A program made the translations under genes and the position numbers. This document shows positions 48,045 to 60,289 of a stretch of DNA of 64,000 bases, one piece after another (within the stretch, counting starts at the first letter, position 1; every line of letters begins with the position of its first letter). A model generated the notes under the pieces. That model saw only the letters and a list, made by a program, of their open reading frames with translations. It was not told the DNA's origin and did not search any database. This DNA is from Isurus oxyrinchus (Eukaryota). Location: NCBI GenBank assembly GCA_026770705.1, contig JANJGN010000009.1:16430001-16494000 (forward strand). The letters run 5' to 3'.

Positions 48045-49660
48045 ATTGAGACCTACCGAATGATAACCGACATCCTATAACAGTTTCCATGGCTGAAGCC
48101 TGACCTTGCTAGTGGTCAGTGTCACAGTCAGTGTTGTGATATCTACGAGTGACAAGGACACTGTGGAGGCTATTGCATCTGCCGGTGTTGCTGAGATCTA
48201 GCTGATGCCAGTGGCGTGATCTTGAATGAATGTTACCAGCACACGTGTGGTTTGGGTCATTTTGGAACTAACTGGCCATCACACAGACTCCATAGTAACA
48301 GCATAGCTCCAGCATCCTTTGTCCACTTTCATTCATCTCACCAATTCCCTGGTGCCCTATGCATGTTGGCCAAGCTGTGTAGATGGTACCCACCTTTGTG
48401 TTAAGGTACTCTGGAAGGTACAATCCCTTGGTGCTGGGAATTCTGCTGAGGGCAGCGTCAAGTGCCTCATAGGATTGCTCCTTGACATCTGAGATGAAGG
48501 TGAGTGCTGGGCATAGATGCACATGAGGTTAACTGGGCCTGTGCTTGTTGACAAGCGAAGTGTAAGAAGTCTCTCTGAGACATCGTGGGGGATTCTACAT
48601 CACGAGTAGGTTGCTTTTCACTGTGAAACCCACTCCATGCTCACATGTTGTGACTGACTGACTGGGACTGGAGTAATGAGGGAGAGAGAGAGAACTGACT
48701 GACTGACTGGTAGAACGTGTAGTTTTTCTCTTTAAGGGATCCACTTTGAGCGAGCCTAGTTTCTTGCAGTGCGGCAATGTCCACATTGTTCTTTGCTGAT
48801 CACAGCTGTCTTGCGTGCATGATCAACCTGCAGAAGGTCATCGGTAAGGCCAGGACGCATGGTCCTTTCATTCCAGATTGTCAGGTGAAAGACTGATATC
48901 TTGTTTGTTTAGTTTGTCCTGCCTGGTGCATAGATTAACAACTTGCCTGTTGAGAGATAATTCTCTAAGCTCCAAGCACCAACTGAAGCAATCAGGCCAC
49001 AGCAGGACAGCACCAAACTGATTGGGGGCTGCCAAATTGAGGCGGACAGTAGCTATCCACGGTCAGAAGTAACGCCTGACACTCTTGCTCTATGTCAGTC
49101 GAGTGAAAGGTTATAACTGGTAACTGTCTCTTCCCTGTTGTAAACCACAAAGCTGGAGTGTTCTCTCCAGGACACAGGCCTGGGCAAATGGCATGGAGAC
49201 CCTAGAGTTGCCCAAGTATCCGGACCCCCTCTCAGCATTGCTAGTATTGTCCAAAGGAAAGGATGAAACCAGCACTGTTTAGTACCGGCTCTGCTGTAGG
49301 AGTTGCCAGATAGACCATGGATTACAACCGACAGGACTCCACTGCAGATTTTCTATCGGATCCTTCTTCTCTCCCAAAACATCCACAAGGCAGTAGGGCA
49401 ATTTACCTGTAGCTGGGGCTCTGGTACATGGGCACCAGGGCACAACCACATTTCGGTGGGCCTGCATGCCATGTCCAAGGGCCAGGAGTCCTCTGAGGCT
49501 CCCATAGTTTACCCTGGGTCTGCGAGGTAGCCAGTTTACGTATGTCACCAGGGGGAGGCACTACATAAGACTTGCTGATGAAGTGGTTATGCACTGGCGG
49601 AAGAAGATTATGAACTCGGCTCTCCTTCCACAATAGTTATATCGCTAGCCAGCGGTGAGA
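48045..49660 (-). mobile_element. RTE-clade LINE 5' part (5' UTR and APE)
   Basis: EHGVGF.VK..LL, CIYA, CIGH.GIGEMNESGQRMLELC, WHQLDL, DTDH. 5' boundary uncertain. Confidence 0.75.
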
Positions 49661-51382
49661 GCTGACAGCAAGAGGTGACAAGCAGGCTGTGTTAATGTTG
49701 TACATGCTGAATTGAGTGCGTGCTATAGTTGAGATTAAGAGCAGCTGATACTAATTGGGGGAAGGTTTCCATTTCTATGTCAATCGAGTGAAAGGTTATA
49801 ACTGGAGAACTGGTAACTGTCTCTTCCCATGTTGTGTCATTGAATCAAAGGAACTTGTTTCCACCTGCTGTCAGAGGAACTATGTGCAAGGGAAAAGCAG
49901 TCTGCACTTATTTATACTGAGTTTTGTGAATAAGCCCATGTTGAAGACAGACTGGCCCCAGCTTCTTCCTTTGCCACTTGGATGTTCACCGGATTTATGG
50001 ACTGGCCACCTTGCACCACCCACTACACTAACACACTCAATGCATCACATCAACTGGAGACAAGTTAAGGAAATATTGTTTAGGATTGCAGTTATTCAAC
50101 AGATATTGGTCTCATCTATAGAGTATAATGCTCAGTGGAAAGAATGCTAGCTCAGGGCTATGTTTGCTCTGTTGATTGCAGTCTGCAATGACTGGATATC
50201 ATCAATGTTGAATTTATTGCTTCCAGTCTCTTCCAGTGCGTCCTTAAGCTAGTTGCATGCTATTCATTAAGAATGTGTCCCATATTTTTCTCCCCATTTC
50301 AGTCAACTATATGGAATTTCACCCCAGTGTAATCTATGTGCTTAATATTTCTTTTCTTTTAAACCTTCTTCCCTATTTCCTCCTGTTCTTTAATTTTTAT
50401 CACTTTGAACTTGTCAATTTTTAAATTCTATTTAATATACACTATTGTATCCTATAACAGAAAAAAAATTAAAACCCTAATATCTAGTGTGTCCCCCCAG
50501 ATCTTTGTGCAATATCAATTCTTCTATAATGATAAAAATTCCATAGTTTAATATAACATATTTTTTAAAACTTTGGAGACGTTATGTCAGTTTCTAATGT
50601 ATATGTCCCAATTTTGACTTTGGTCTCTAAAATTTATAAAAAGTGAAGGATAATCATGTTGATTATCCAAACATGTTGATTATCAACCTGTAAATCCTTC
50701 CAATATGCCTGATGGCAGGCGGTAAGAGCAGGGGAGTCCTGTGTATTTGATGCAGAATGGGGCTCCTCTAGTTATCCCAAGTGATGACCTGTTACAGCAA
50801 AAACTAGCTACTGGAGCAGACAAAAGGATGTGCGAGGTCATTTCATGTGTCATTAGATGCGGGAAGCATCTAAGTCTAATGCTGAAAAGTTTAGAAACAC
50901 TGTTCACACAGTCACTTAATTTCTCCCCTTCTTACGTGCAATTTCTCTCAATCACAACCAGGGATCAAGAACTTATCCCATCCTTTCAGAAACGTAATTG
51001 AATTTGCGTCACCACTGTCATAAGATCTTATATCTCTATAACATGACTCTATCATCCTAACAAGAGGAGGTAACAGATCAGACTTGGTGACATGATCTGT
51101 GCTCACTGGGAAAATTACCTTCCTTTTGTGAACCATATTAGGATGATTAATATAATCCTTTAATTTGGAGACATGATCATTGAACTTGCAAGTGATTATG
51201 CATGAATAATTTAATAAATTGTAAAACCAGCCATGATTATTTGGATTGTACTTGTTAAACAAAGAAGATAATATAACAATGGCACTTCTGGTGCTGAGTT
51301 AATATGAATTTTTTTTGATTAAATACATTCAATATATTACAAAGAACGGGAGCTTCAGTTAATTCTTACTTGAAAGAGAACC

Positions 51383-51419
<37 letters not shown>

Positions 51420-51422
51420 ATA
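51383..51422. repeat. (TA)n microsatellite
   Basis: Seen directly. Confidence 0.9.
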
Positions 51423-53264
51423 CTTCAACTGCTTTTGAGAAAATTAATTAATTAAAATCAAAACATTAGTAGCAATAGGACAGGATCTGTGACTTTGTAC
51501 GATGGAAGTGAGGGAAAATATTGATTAAAAGGGACAGGAGGGTAACAGCTTAATGAAACTGTCACTGTGCAGCTTAATAGAATTAATAATAAGAGAAATG
51601 CAGGCATTAGAAATTGGGATAAAACTATGTTTAAACATTTTTTGTGTAATAGTAGAGGCTCAGAATAAAAATGTCAGTTAAAAAGTATAAAAACAAATTG
51701 GTAAGATGCATTTAGAAAGATGTATGAAGTCTGTGCATATATTTAAAGAATTTATTTCATGCAAAGCATAAAAGATAATGGAAATAATTTTGCCATTATC
51801 CACTGTGGAACCCGTCAGATGTCCATCTCATTGCAATTAATGAGATAATAATAAGATAGCTTCCAGGATGAATGTATGACCTGTGCTGCTAGTTCAACAT
51901 GTGAGTGCTGAAGAAGAAAAAGAATCCCAATGTGTTTGTCATGTATATAGTATGTGAATCGTATATTTATTCAAAAATTTATCCACTTTGTGTCAGTTTG
52001 ATGAGCTTCCAAACACATATCAGCATCATCACTAAGGTCACACATTTCCACTTTCGTAACATGCCCAACTCATCCCCGACTCAGCTCATCTGTTGCTGAA
52101 GCCCTCGTTAAAGCCTTTGTTCACAGTAGGTTTCATTATTCCAATGCAATCCTGGTTGGCTTCCCCCTTCCACCCTCTATAAACTAGAAGTTGTGCAAAG
52201 CTCTGCTGCCCGTGTCCTTCCTCGTGCCAAGTTCAATGTAGCCATCCCCCCCTTGTGGTCATAGAACTACATTCTCTCCCTTTACGCAATGGCCGGAATT
52301 TTCCATGCCCACTGGTGTCACATGTGCTCAGCAGCGTGAGCTGACAATATGGTGGGACGGCCAGAAATCAGTTTCACGATGTCGTGAAACCCGCTTGCGA
52401 TCAGCCGCTCAACCCATCGGTGGCAGGCCACGTTCCCCGCCGCTGGACATCGGGAACCTCATTGACCAGCCCGCCAGAATCATCCCCCACTGCTGGATCA
52501 TCCGCCCACATTGGTGTGATTGCACACTGAGTGTTTCACAACAGCATGGATAAGGTGTGCACATGGCGGGCTGCACTCTGAGGAGAACTTGGAGGTGAGA
52601 GCACAGCAACATTGTGCAGTGCTCGCGAGGGTCGCCTGTTGGACTTCAAGGTCGAGGCGCGTTGCGGGGTGCAGGAGTTGCACTGCGGTTGAAGGTCGTG
52701 CACAAGCACGTGCAGGGATAGGGGGGAAGGAAGTGGCCATTCATTAGAGAAACTTTGTATAAAGTGACCATTCGGCTGCAACTGAGACAGCTCAGACTCA
52801 GCCACATTGACGTGCATGGAGTGGGGTCTCTAGCTCATCTGCCCAATCAAGCAATGCAGAGGCATGAAAGTGCCACCAAGTACTCCAGAGCTTTTCACCT
52901 CTTGGGCACAGACTGCAAATTAATGAGCGCTTTAGTGGACTACAGAGCAGTTGGACAACTGGGCACGTTGTACAATCTCCTTGGTAAAACTGGCCATGGA
53001 ACAGTCACTGGTGGAAGCACTCACAGCCCCTTGCAGTGTCATCATTCAGGTTTGGACCAGACCCCCTCATGGTTCAACTAACACTGCAGCCTTGCAGTGT
53101 GGGTTAGGGGAATGGCTGTGCCTGAGCTGACAGCACAACATGCAGTCCAATGGACAAAGTTGCTGCCAATCTGTCAGGTGGTATGGAGTGGAGGTGGGTG
53201 GGGCTTCAGGCAGTAATGCAGCGCAATAAACTCTGGCTGCAGCGAGGGTGATGCTGGTCAACAT

Positions 53265-54291
53265 CTAGCTAGACCCAGGGTAGATAGACACCACCTTTCC
53301 TTCCTGCAGATCACCGAGAACCAGTGTCGCTGAAGACTGCGCATGTCAAGGGAACTGGTTAGTCACATCTGCCGGCTACCGCAAGATTTGGCACCATTGG
53401 AACATGGAGGACATCCACTGCCAGGGGCTGTGAAAGTGACTGCGACACACAATTTTTACGCCTGTGGCTCCTTTCAGGATTGAAGAGGTGACATCTGTGG
53501 GATTTCACAAGCCTCCAACCACAAATGCATCCAAGAGGTCACAGATGCCATCTTCACGAGGGCACACAATTTTGTGTATTTCACCCGGGACCAGGAGAGC
53601 CAGCATACAAGATGATTGGATTTACCCAGATCTTGGGTTTCCCACGGGTGCAGGGTGCGATTGACTGTACTCATGTGGCACTCATGTGGCACTCAGGTCA
53701 CCGGCGCAACAAGCAGTCAACTACGCCAACCGCAAGGGCTTCCATTGCTGAATGTGCAGCTGGTGTGCAACCACCACAAACACACCCTGCAGGTCTGCAC
53801 ACGGTTCCCAGGGAGTGTCCACGACCCCTACATTCTTAGTCGGTCACAGATCCCTGACATCTTCCAGAGTCCACAGAGGCTGCAGGGATGGCTTTTCGGG
53901 GACAGAGGCTGTAACTGATGTCACCCATGGGCCAGCCTCAGACTGCAGCAGAGCGAAGGTAAATCGAGGCTCACGCTGCAACTCGCCACTTGGTGGAGCA
54001 GACCATTGCGATGCTGAAAATGAGGTTCTGGTGCCAGGACCAGTGGAGCCCTCATTATAGTCCACGCAGGGTGTCACGCATCATTGTCGCCTGCTGTGCC
54101 CTTTACAACCTGGCACTGCAATGGGGAGAGGAGCTGGCTGAAGAGGAGTTGGAGGAGCTGGAGGTCTCCTCCAATGAGGAGGACGTTGACAGTGATGATG
54201 GTGATGAGGCCATTGCACTGGCCAGGTGAGGCAGGCGGGCTCAGGAGGCCCTCATAGCTGCTAGATATGTGGAGGATGATGACATGCAGTG
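53265..54291 (+). pseudogene. Harbinger DDE transposase (HARBI1-like family), frameshifted
   Basis: GFPRVQGAIDCTHVAL, LNVQLVCNH, FPGSVHDPYIL, GWLFGDRG, VEQTIAMLKMRF, VSRIIVACCALYNLA. An 11-bp duplication follows DCTHV. Confidence 0.9.
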
Positions 54292-55009
54292 AGGAGACAC
54301 CATAGATCCTCACATTGCATCTGTGAATGTTTGACTCCAGTCCGGCTTATGGCAGCACACATTATCCTCTGTGATAATGCTGCTGTCGTGACAACACATT
54401 GAAGGCCCTAATAGTCACTTGATTGCAGGGGGATGATCATGACATGCAGTGAGGACACTGCATAGATCTTCATATAGCCCCTGAGAATGTTTGACTCCTG
54501 TCTGGCCAAGGGCAGCTCGCTTGCGCTCTGTGATCAGAGTCATATCATGGAGATGCAGCCATGAAACTTTAAAAGTACCTGGTCCTTTGTCCGCCTTCAG
54601 CCCCTGATCCCTTCAGGAGCACAGCGTCATTGGTCAGTGATGCTGAAGAGGTGGGGGCCAACCCCATCTTAAAGGTGCTGAGAGCACACAGAGAGAATGA
54701 CAGAACTCTGTGACACCTGCCCACGACATTCTGGCAGCAATGACCAGCAACATCGAGGTGCAGACATCATTAATGTGTACAGGGAGTGTGAGGCCTGACC
54801 ATCACTTTGGTCTAAAGGCTGCAGAAAGCACAGGGAGGAGGCCCTGGACTGAGACACCTGCCTTTATCTTGTGCAGAAAGGATTCACATCTGAATGACAC
54901 AAACACTGCTCATCAGAACAAAGAGACATAGGCAGGGAGATATTCTTAGGAGTTTATTGGCAATAGTGAACGTTATGTACACGTGATTAACACCCATGCC
55001 CAGGCTGTG

Positions 55010-56630
55010 GAACTACATCTTCTTAACATTGCTAACCCTAATGCTACACCTTGGTGCTCCCCCAACATCCACAGTGGAGGTGTATCCATGCCCTGTCTGT
55101 GATGACCTCGCCAGGCGTTCAATGGAGTGCCGAGATCCGAAGGCCCCCAGACTGTTTTTGGGGTCCTGCTGTGTGGCAGTGGCACCCTCCTCGGCTTGTG
55201 GAGCTGGAGCTGCTGAGGTCACAGGAAGAGGGGAATTTGATGAGCTGGATCCTCCTAGAGTCACCTGGGTGGATGTCGCCAGGGTGTGCACCTGCTGATC
55301 CTCCTCCCTATGGGATGCTCAAGAACTGGCTGACTCCTTGAGGAGAAGGGGGAGCTGGAGTGAGATCGAGTTGCCCCCTACCCCTCTTGCGTGCACTCTG
55401 TCAGAGACCAACTATGGCAACAGTGATGGAATTCAGCCTGTGCAAGCAGTGCAGGAGCGACATCCTGGACCAATGTCTCCATTGCAGTTACCATCCTACC
55501 AGTGTTGACCTCGGTGCTTCGGCATGCTGGCGCTATCACCTCAGCCTGAAAGGGGACAGAGTCCTCCATCATGCCTTGCAATCTGAGCAGGCCAGCCCTT
55601 CCTGATGTTCCCGAGCTTGCCTTTGCAGCTCCAGTAACTGTGACATGGCCGAGTGCAGAGACTCGTCAACTGACTGGGACTCAGCTGCCTCCAGCAGTAC
55701 TCTGAATGCCGGGCACCAGGAAAATCCCTGCTGCCACCTGCTGTGGATCAGACAATGTGATGTGCTCGCAAAATTGTGATCCTGAGGCTTTTCTAATGCT
55801 AGGTCTCACTGAGGTGTGTAGCTCGGCGCTGGTGGAGGGTGTGGGTGAGCGTTGTGATGGGACTTCAAGGAGGATGCCTCCAGATTCCTGTTCAGGGATT
55901 TCTTCAGGGCTTGATTGAAGACCCTGTTGGCTGTTTCCCTGATGTGCCTGCAAAAGAACGGAGAGATAATCAGTGCATGGCAGTGGCCTGTAAAAGAGGA
56001 CATATCACTCACGGCATGGTTGGCTGATGGATGTTGCACTGCTGGTTAGAGCAGCGCCTACCTCATCATCGGCACAGGAATGGCCCAGATCCTAGCTGAC
56101 CAGCTGGATGACTCTGTTTTCTAAGTCCGTGAGGACCTTGATTTCAGGCATTGCTACACCTGTCTGCAACCTCTCCCTCTTGTTGTGTGTCAGCTTGTCC
56201 TGCATGAATAGAGATGGAGGGCTGTAAGCAGGATGCCTGCCAGGCCAGGTGATAAGTAAGCCTGGTATGTGTGGTTGGTGAGTGGTCCCATGGATGGGAT
56301 GAGGACAATGAAGGCATGTGTGAGAGAGTAAATAGTGATGTCCTTTGAACTGGCAATGAGTGAGAGCCCTATGGATGTGTGATGGGTTTGTGAGTGTGTG
56401 AGTTGAGAGTGATGAGAAAAGTGACTTACCCTGGTGGAACAGAGGGGATCATTCATCCTCTTGTGGCACTGGGTGGCTGTCCTCTTTAGCAGGGCATTGG
56501 CACTGACCACCGCTGCCACCGGCTGCCAGGGTGGATTGGTGCTGTTGCTGCCCATCCTGCAGCCAGAGCAGGGGTAGAGCAAAGCACGGTGAGACTCCAC
56601 TGTATCCAAGGAATGTGTCATTGAATCTGA
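55010..56630 (-). pseudogene. Harbinger Myb/SANT-like DNA-binding gene, probably spliced
   Basis: LDTVE..RALLYP..W..VAAVVSANA..KRTATQCHKRMND, followed by donor GTAAGT near 56425. Downstream exon-like blocks are shared with 17530-19000. Confidence 0.75.
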
Positions 56631-57960
56631 ACCAGCCCGCCATCGAAACAGTGTGTTTCCTGGGAATGCATAATTAACGTGGTGGGTTTGGGATGATATG
56701 GTGTGAAAAGCCGCCATTGCAGCCAGCGGTTAAAACGACATTTTTCCCACTCACCACCGCACTTAGTGCAAAGCTGGGACGATTCAGCCCAATGCCTCAA
56801 TTTTAAATCTCTCGTCCTTGTATTCAAATTCCTCCATGCCCTCACCCCGTCCCTATCTCTACAACCCTTCCAGCCCCAAAATCCTCCAAGTCATCTGCAC
56901 TCATCTAACTCTGGCTCTTCAACATTCCCAAATTTTATTGCACCACAATTGGCCTTCAGCTACCTAGGCCATATGCTCTGGAACTCCCTTCATAAACCTT
57001 TCCTTCTCTCTATCTCTCTTTCCTCTTTTACGATGGTCTTTAAAATCTACTACATTGACCAAGCTTTTGGCCGTCCATCCTAATATTCCCCTCTGTGGCT
57101 CAGTATCACATTTTGCTTTCTAACACTCTCATGGAGTGTTTTAGAGTGTTTTATTACATCACATACAAGGGGCTTTATAAATACAAGTTACTGCTATTGT
57201 TGGTTCTTTGCTGATCTGCATGTGGTCTGAATTTGGACATGTGACACTTGAAGGGAGGCAGGTAGGTCAGAAGGCTGGAGTTGTAGGGAGGCATTAAACA
57301 TCCATTGAGGAAATAGGAGGAAGCAGTCAGACTGCATATAGGCTGGCGTTAGTGAGTGGAAAAGTTGCTGTGAGGGTAGGAAAATGCTTTGAAAATTATC
57401 ATAAGGATAGTTAGGGATACAGGAGAATGCGAAGTGAACGGACACAAAAATCACAGGCTGTGAGTACATTGCTTCATGATATGTGCAAGGAATGCGACTG
57501 AGAAAGGGAAAAAAAAAACACTGGCAGTGGAACTATTTGAGACACAAATACTGGGAATAGCACCAAATGAGGCCATTGCAGATTGTGGAGAGATGTATAA
57601 CGGGTGGTGGATTCCTGTTTCCCCATTTTGCAGCATCAACCAAAAGCCAAAGTTGTTACCAGGGAGTCAAAACCAATTGTACCCATCAGTAATTTGGAGG
57701 GTCTATGACACGCCCTCATTTACAGCTGGGTAGCGGTGAGATGAATGGGAAACGGAGGGATGTACATTGGCTGGCACTGGCCTGCACTATAGCTGTATCT
57801 CCTGACTCCAAGGCAGGTAAAAATACCTAAAATATCACTTAAAATATTCCCAGCCTCTGCAGTGCTTTGTTTTTGCCTAAAGTATCATGTGTTTGTTTTG
57901 GGCCCTTTAAGGGCCTCGGAAAAACCAAAAAGGTGAGTGTGGCATACCCCATGTTACCAA

Positions 57961-58405
57961 GGCCTGAATTTTACCTTTGGAGGGCGCATGCGATTGGCAG
58001 GCCCGGGAGCCGCCGGGAAAGGGACCGCTGACTGTGATCAGCTTCTGACCGCGATTTCATGCTGGCTGACCAGTTAAAGGGGCAGCCAGCACGAGACCCG
58101 TGCTGAAAAGCTCAGCGCTGCTGGGGTGGGGGCAGAAAAGGGCGGGCGATAACGTCTCCGTGGGAGCGGGGGTGAGCGCTTCGAGCGAGCTCCCTAAAGG
58201 CAGACAGCTGCCTCAGGGAGCTGCAGGCCTCCAAATGATTTAATAAAGGTTTAAAAAGCTGCAACAAAAAAAAAATGTCCAGGCATGAAAATATATCTCT
58301 TAAAAATGCTGTCTGCAGATATCCCATCCTTGGATGAGGTTTGATGGAAAATGTAAAGGCTAATTTGCCCATCCAAGTTGGATGGGCCGTGAAAAATCAG
58401 AGACA
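57961..58405. mobile_element. Truncated Harbinger-family MITE
   Basis: Left TIR GGCCTGAATTTTACC. Body is the reverse complement of the MITE family. Confidence 0.7.
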
Positions 58406-59599
58406 ATTGCACCTTTAAATTCCAGAGCATGACCATGAAAGAGGGTCATCTCATTAGTATACGTAAGGTGACTCAATCCTCACTCAGGTGGTCACCAGAA
58501 CCAGGGATGGCTAAGTATTGCATGACCCCATATTTTGAGTGTAGAACATAAACTAGCAATATTGGTTCTGTTTGGCCCCTTTATTCCACGCCTAGAAGAT
58601 GGACATGGCAGGGTCCAATTTCTCCCCACCCCCATTCCATTATCAGTGTAGTTGTAGGAATTTATTCTGGCCAGAAGTTGGCACAAAAGTGTGAGAACTG
58701 GAGTTAAGATTTTGCCGCCAGGAAATGCGCATGTATAATGAAGATAATGTTCATTGGCAACTGTATGCATAGTGATCTTACTCGGTTTAGACAACTGCTT
58801 AGAAGGAGAACATTCCACTTCTCATAAATTAAACATGGAGACAAGATTGATGTTCTCTTCATCAAAGTGTAAGTAATTCATTTTAAGGTGTTAATGAACA
58901 ATATTTTTAAAAGTATATAATATAATAAAAACAGAAGAGGTGATGCATTGAACTTACTATACTGTAGATAACAATAAAACATCAATTAATTTTTAATAAT
59001 GGCACCAAGGAACACAAATTAGCAGTTTTATTGGGATAATCTTGATAAAAGAGCATTGAAAATTGGTCCAGACATCAGACAGGGATATCAAGTAATCAGC
59101 CATTTCTCTTGCTTCAATTTATAGTCTTCTCATCTGTAATTATTGGCTTCTTTAAATGAAATATTTTATTTAAAAAGGTAAGATATGGACAGGAAGGAGA
59201 AAGAACATGAGATTCTGAAATTTTCAGGCCCTGGTTTTAGTGGGCACTTAATATCCTTCGAAAAGTAATGCTTTTAGCAGCAAAAGCATTGTATTAGGAT
59301 TGGCTATTTATTCACTAGACTTTAATGAGGTTGTAAATTAATATCATAAGCTAGCAAGCAATAGTGATTGAGCTATTTAATAGGATCATTCCCTTTAGTT
59401 AGTCTGCAATTTTCTAATAAAACCCTTCTAACAATAGCATGGTGAAATATATTAGTCAGGATTTATTACTGGCCACAGATTCCCAATGCAATATTGAAAT
59501 TGAAGACCAAATAGGTAGCTGAAACTGAAACTTGATAGCCCATCATGTAGCAATATAAATAGGCTGCAGTATCGCTCCTACACCCTTAGCCCCTTTCCT

Positions 59600-60270
59600 G
59601 AAGACCTGGACAACATGCAGGCTTGGGCTGATAGATGGTCAGTTACAAGAGAGAATCCAACCATCACCCCTTGATGTTCAATGGTATTACCATCACTGAA
59701 TCCCCAAGTATCAACATCCTGAGGGTTACCATTGACCAGAAACTAAACTGGATGAACCATATAAATACTGTTGCTACAAGAGAAGGTCAGGGGCTAGGAA
59801 TCCTGCGACGAGTAACTCACCTCCTGACTCCCCAAAGCCTGTCCAGCATCTACAAGGCACACGTCAGGAGTGTGATGGAATACTCCCCACTTGTCTGGAT
59901 GAGTGCAGCTCCTACAACACTCAAGAAGCTTGACATCTTCCAGGACAAAGCAGCCCGCTTGGTTGGCACCATGTCCACAAACATTCACTCCCTCCACCAC
60001 CGACACACAGTAGCAACAGTGAATACCATCAACAAAATGCACTGCAGGAATTCACCAAGGCTCCTTAGACATCACCTTCCAAACCCACGACGCCTACTAT
60101 CTAGAAGGACAAGGGCAGCAGATAGATGGGAATACCATCAACTGGAATTTCCCCTCCAATCACTCACCATCCTGACTATATTGCCATTCCTTCACTGTTA
60201 CTGGATCAAAATCCTGGAACTCCCTTCCTAACGGCACTGTGGGTGTACATACACTACATCGACTGTAGCA
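59600..60270 (+). mobile_element. Non-LTR retrotransposon (CR1/L2 group) RT C-terminal fragment
   Basis: NILRVTIDQKLNW..HI, LGILRR, IYKAHVRSVMEYSPLVW, LDIFQDKAARL. Confidence 0.85.
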
Positions 60271-60289
60271 ATCCATGTGGTATAGGTAC

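Larger units (their letters stand above)
52291..56790 (+). mobile_element. Full-length (4500 bp) decayed Harbinger/PIF transposon
   Basis: TIRs GGCCGGAATTTTCC / GGACGATTCAGCCC, TSD AAT (52288-52290, 56791-56793), two convergent genes. Confidence 0.92.
52010..57190 (+). mobile_element. L2-type LINE 3' fragment split by the Harbinger (52010-52290 and 56791-57190)
   Basis: The two flanks rejoin into sequence homologous to 7150-7845. Confidence 0.75.

Noticed and set aside
49500-49600. HDV-like ribozyme in the RTE 5' UTR (GCC-TCCCCCT-GGT on -)
   Set aside because: A P3/L3-like motif is present, but I could not build P1, P1.1 and P2.
50948-51262. 104-aa ORF as a host exon
   Set aside because: No recognisable domain and no convincing splice sites.
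53265-54291. Host HARBI1 gene
   Set aside because: Frameshifted, multi-copy in this window, and enclosed by TIRs and a TSD.
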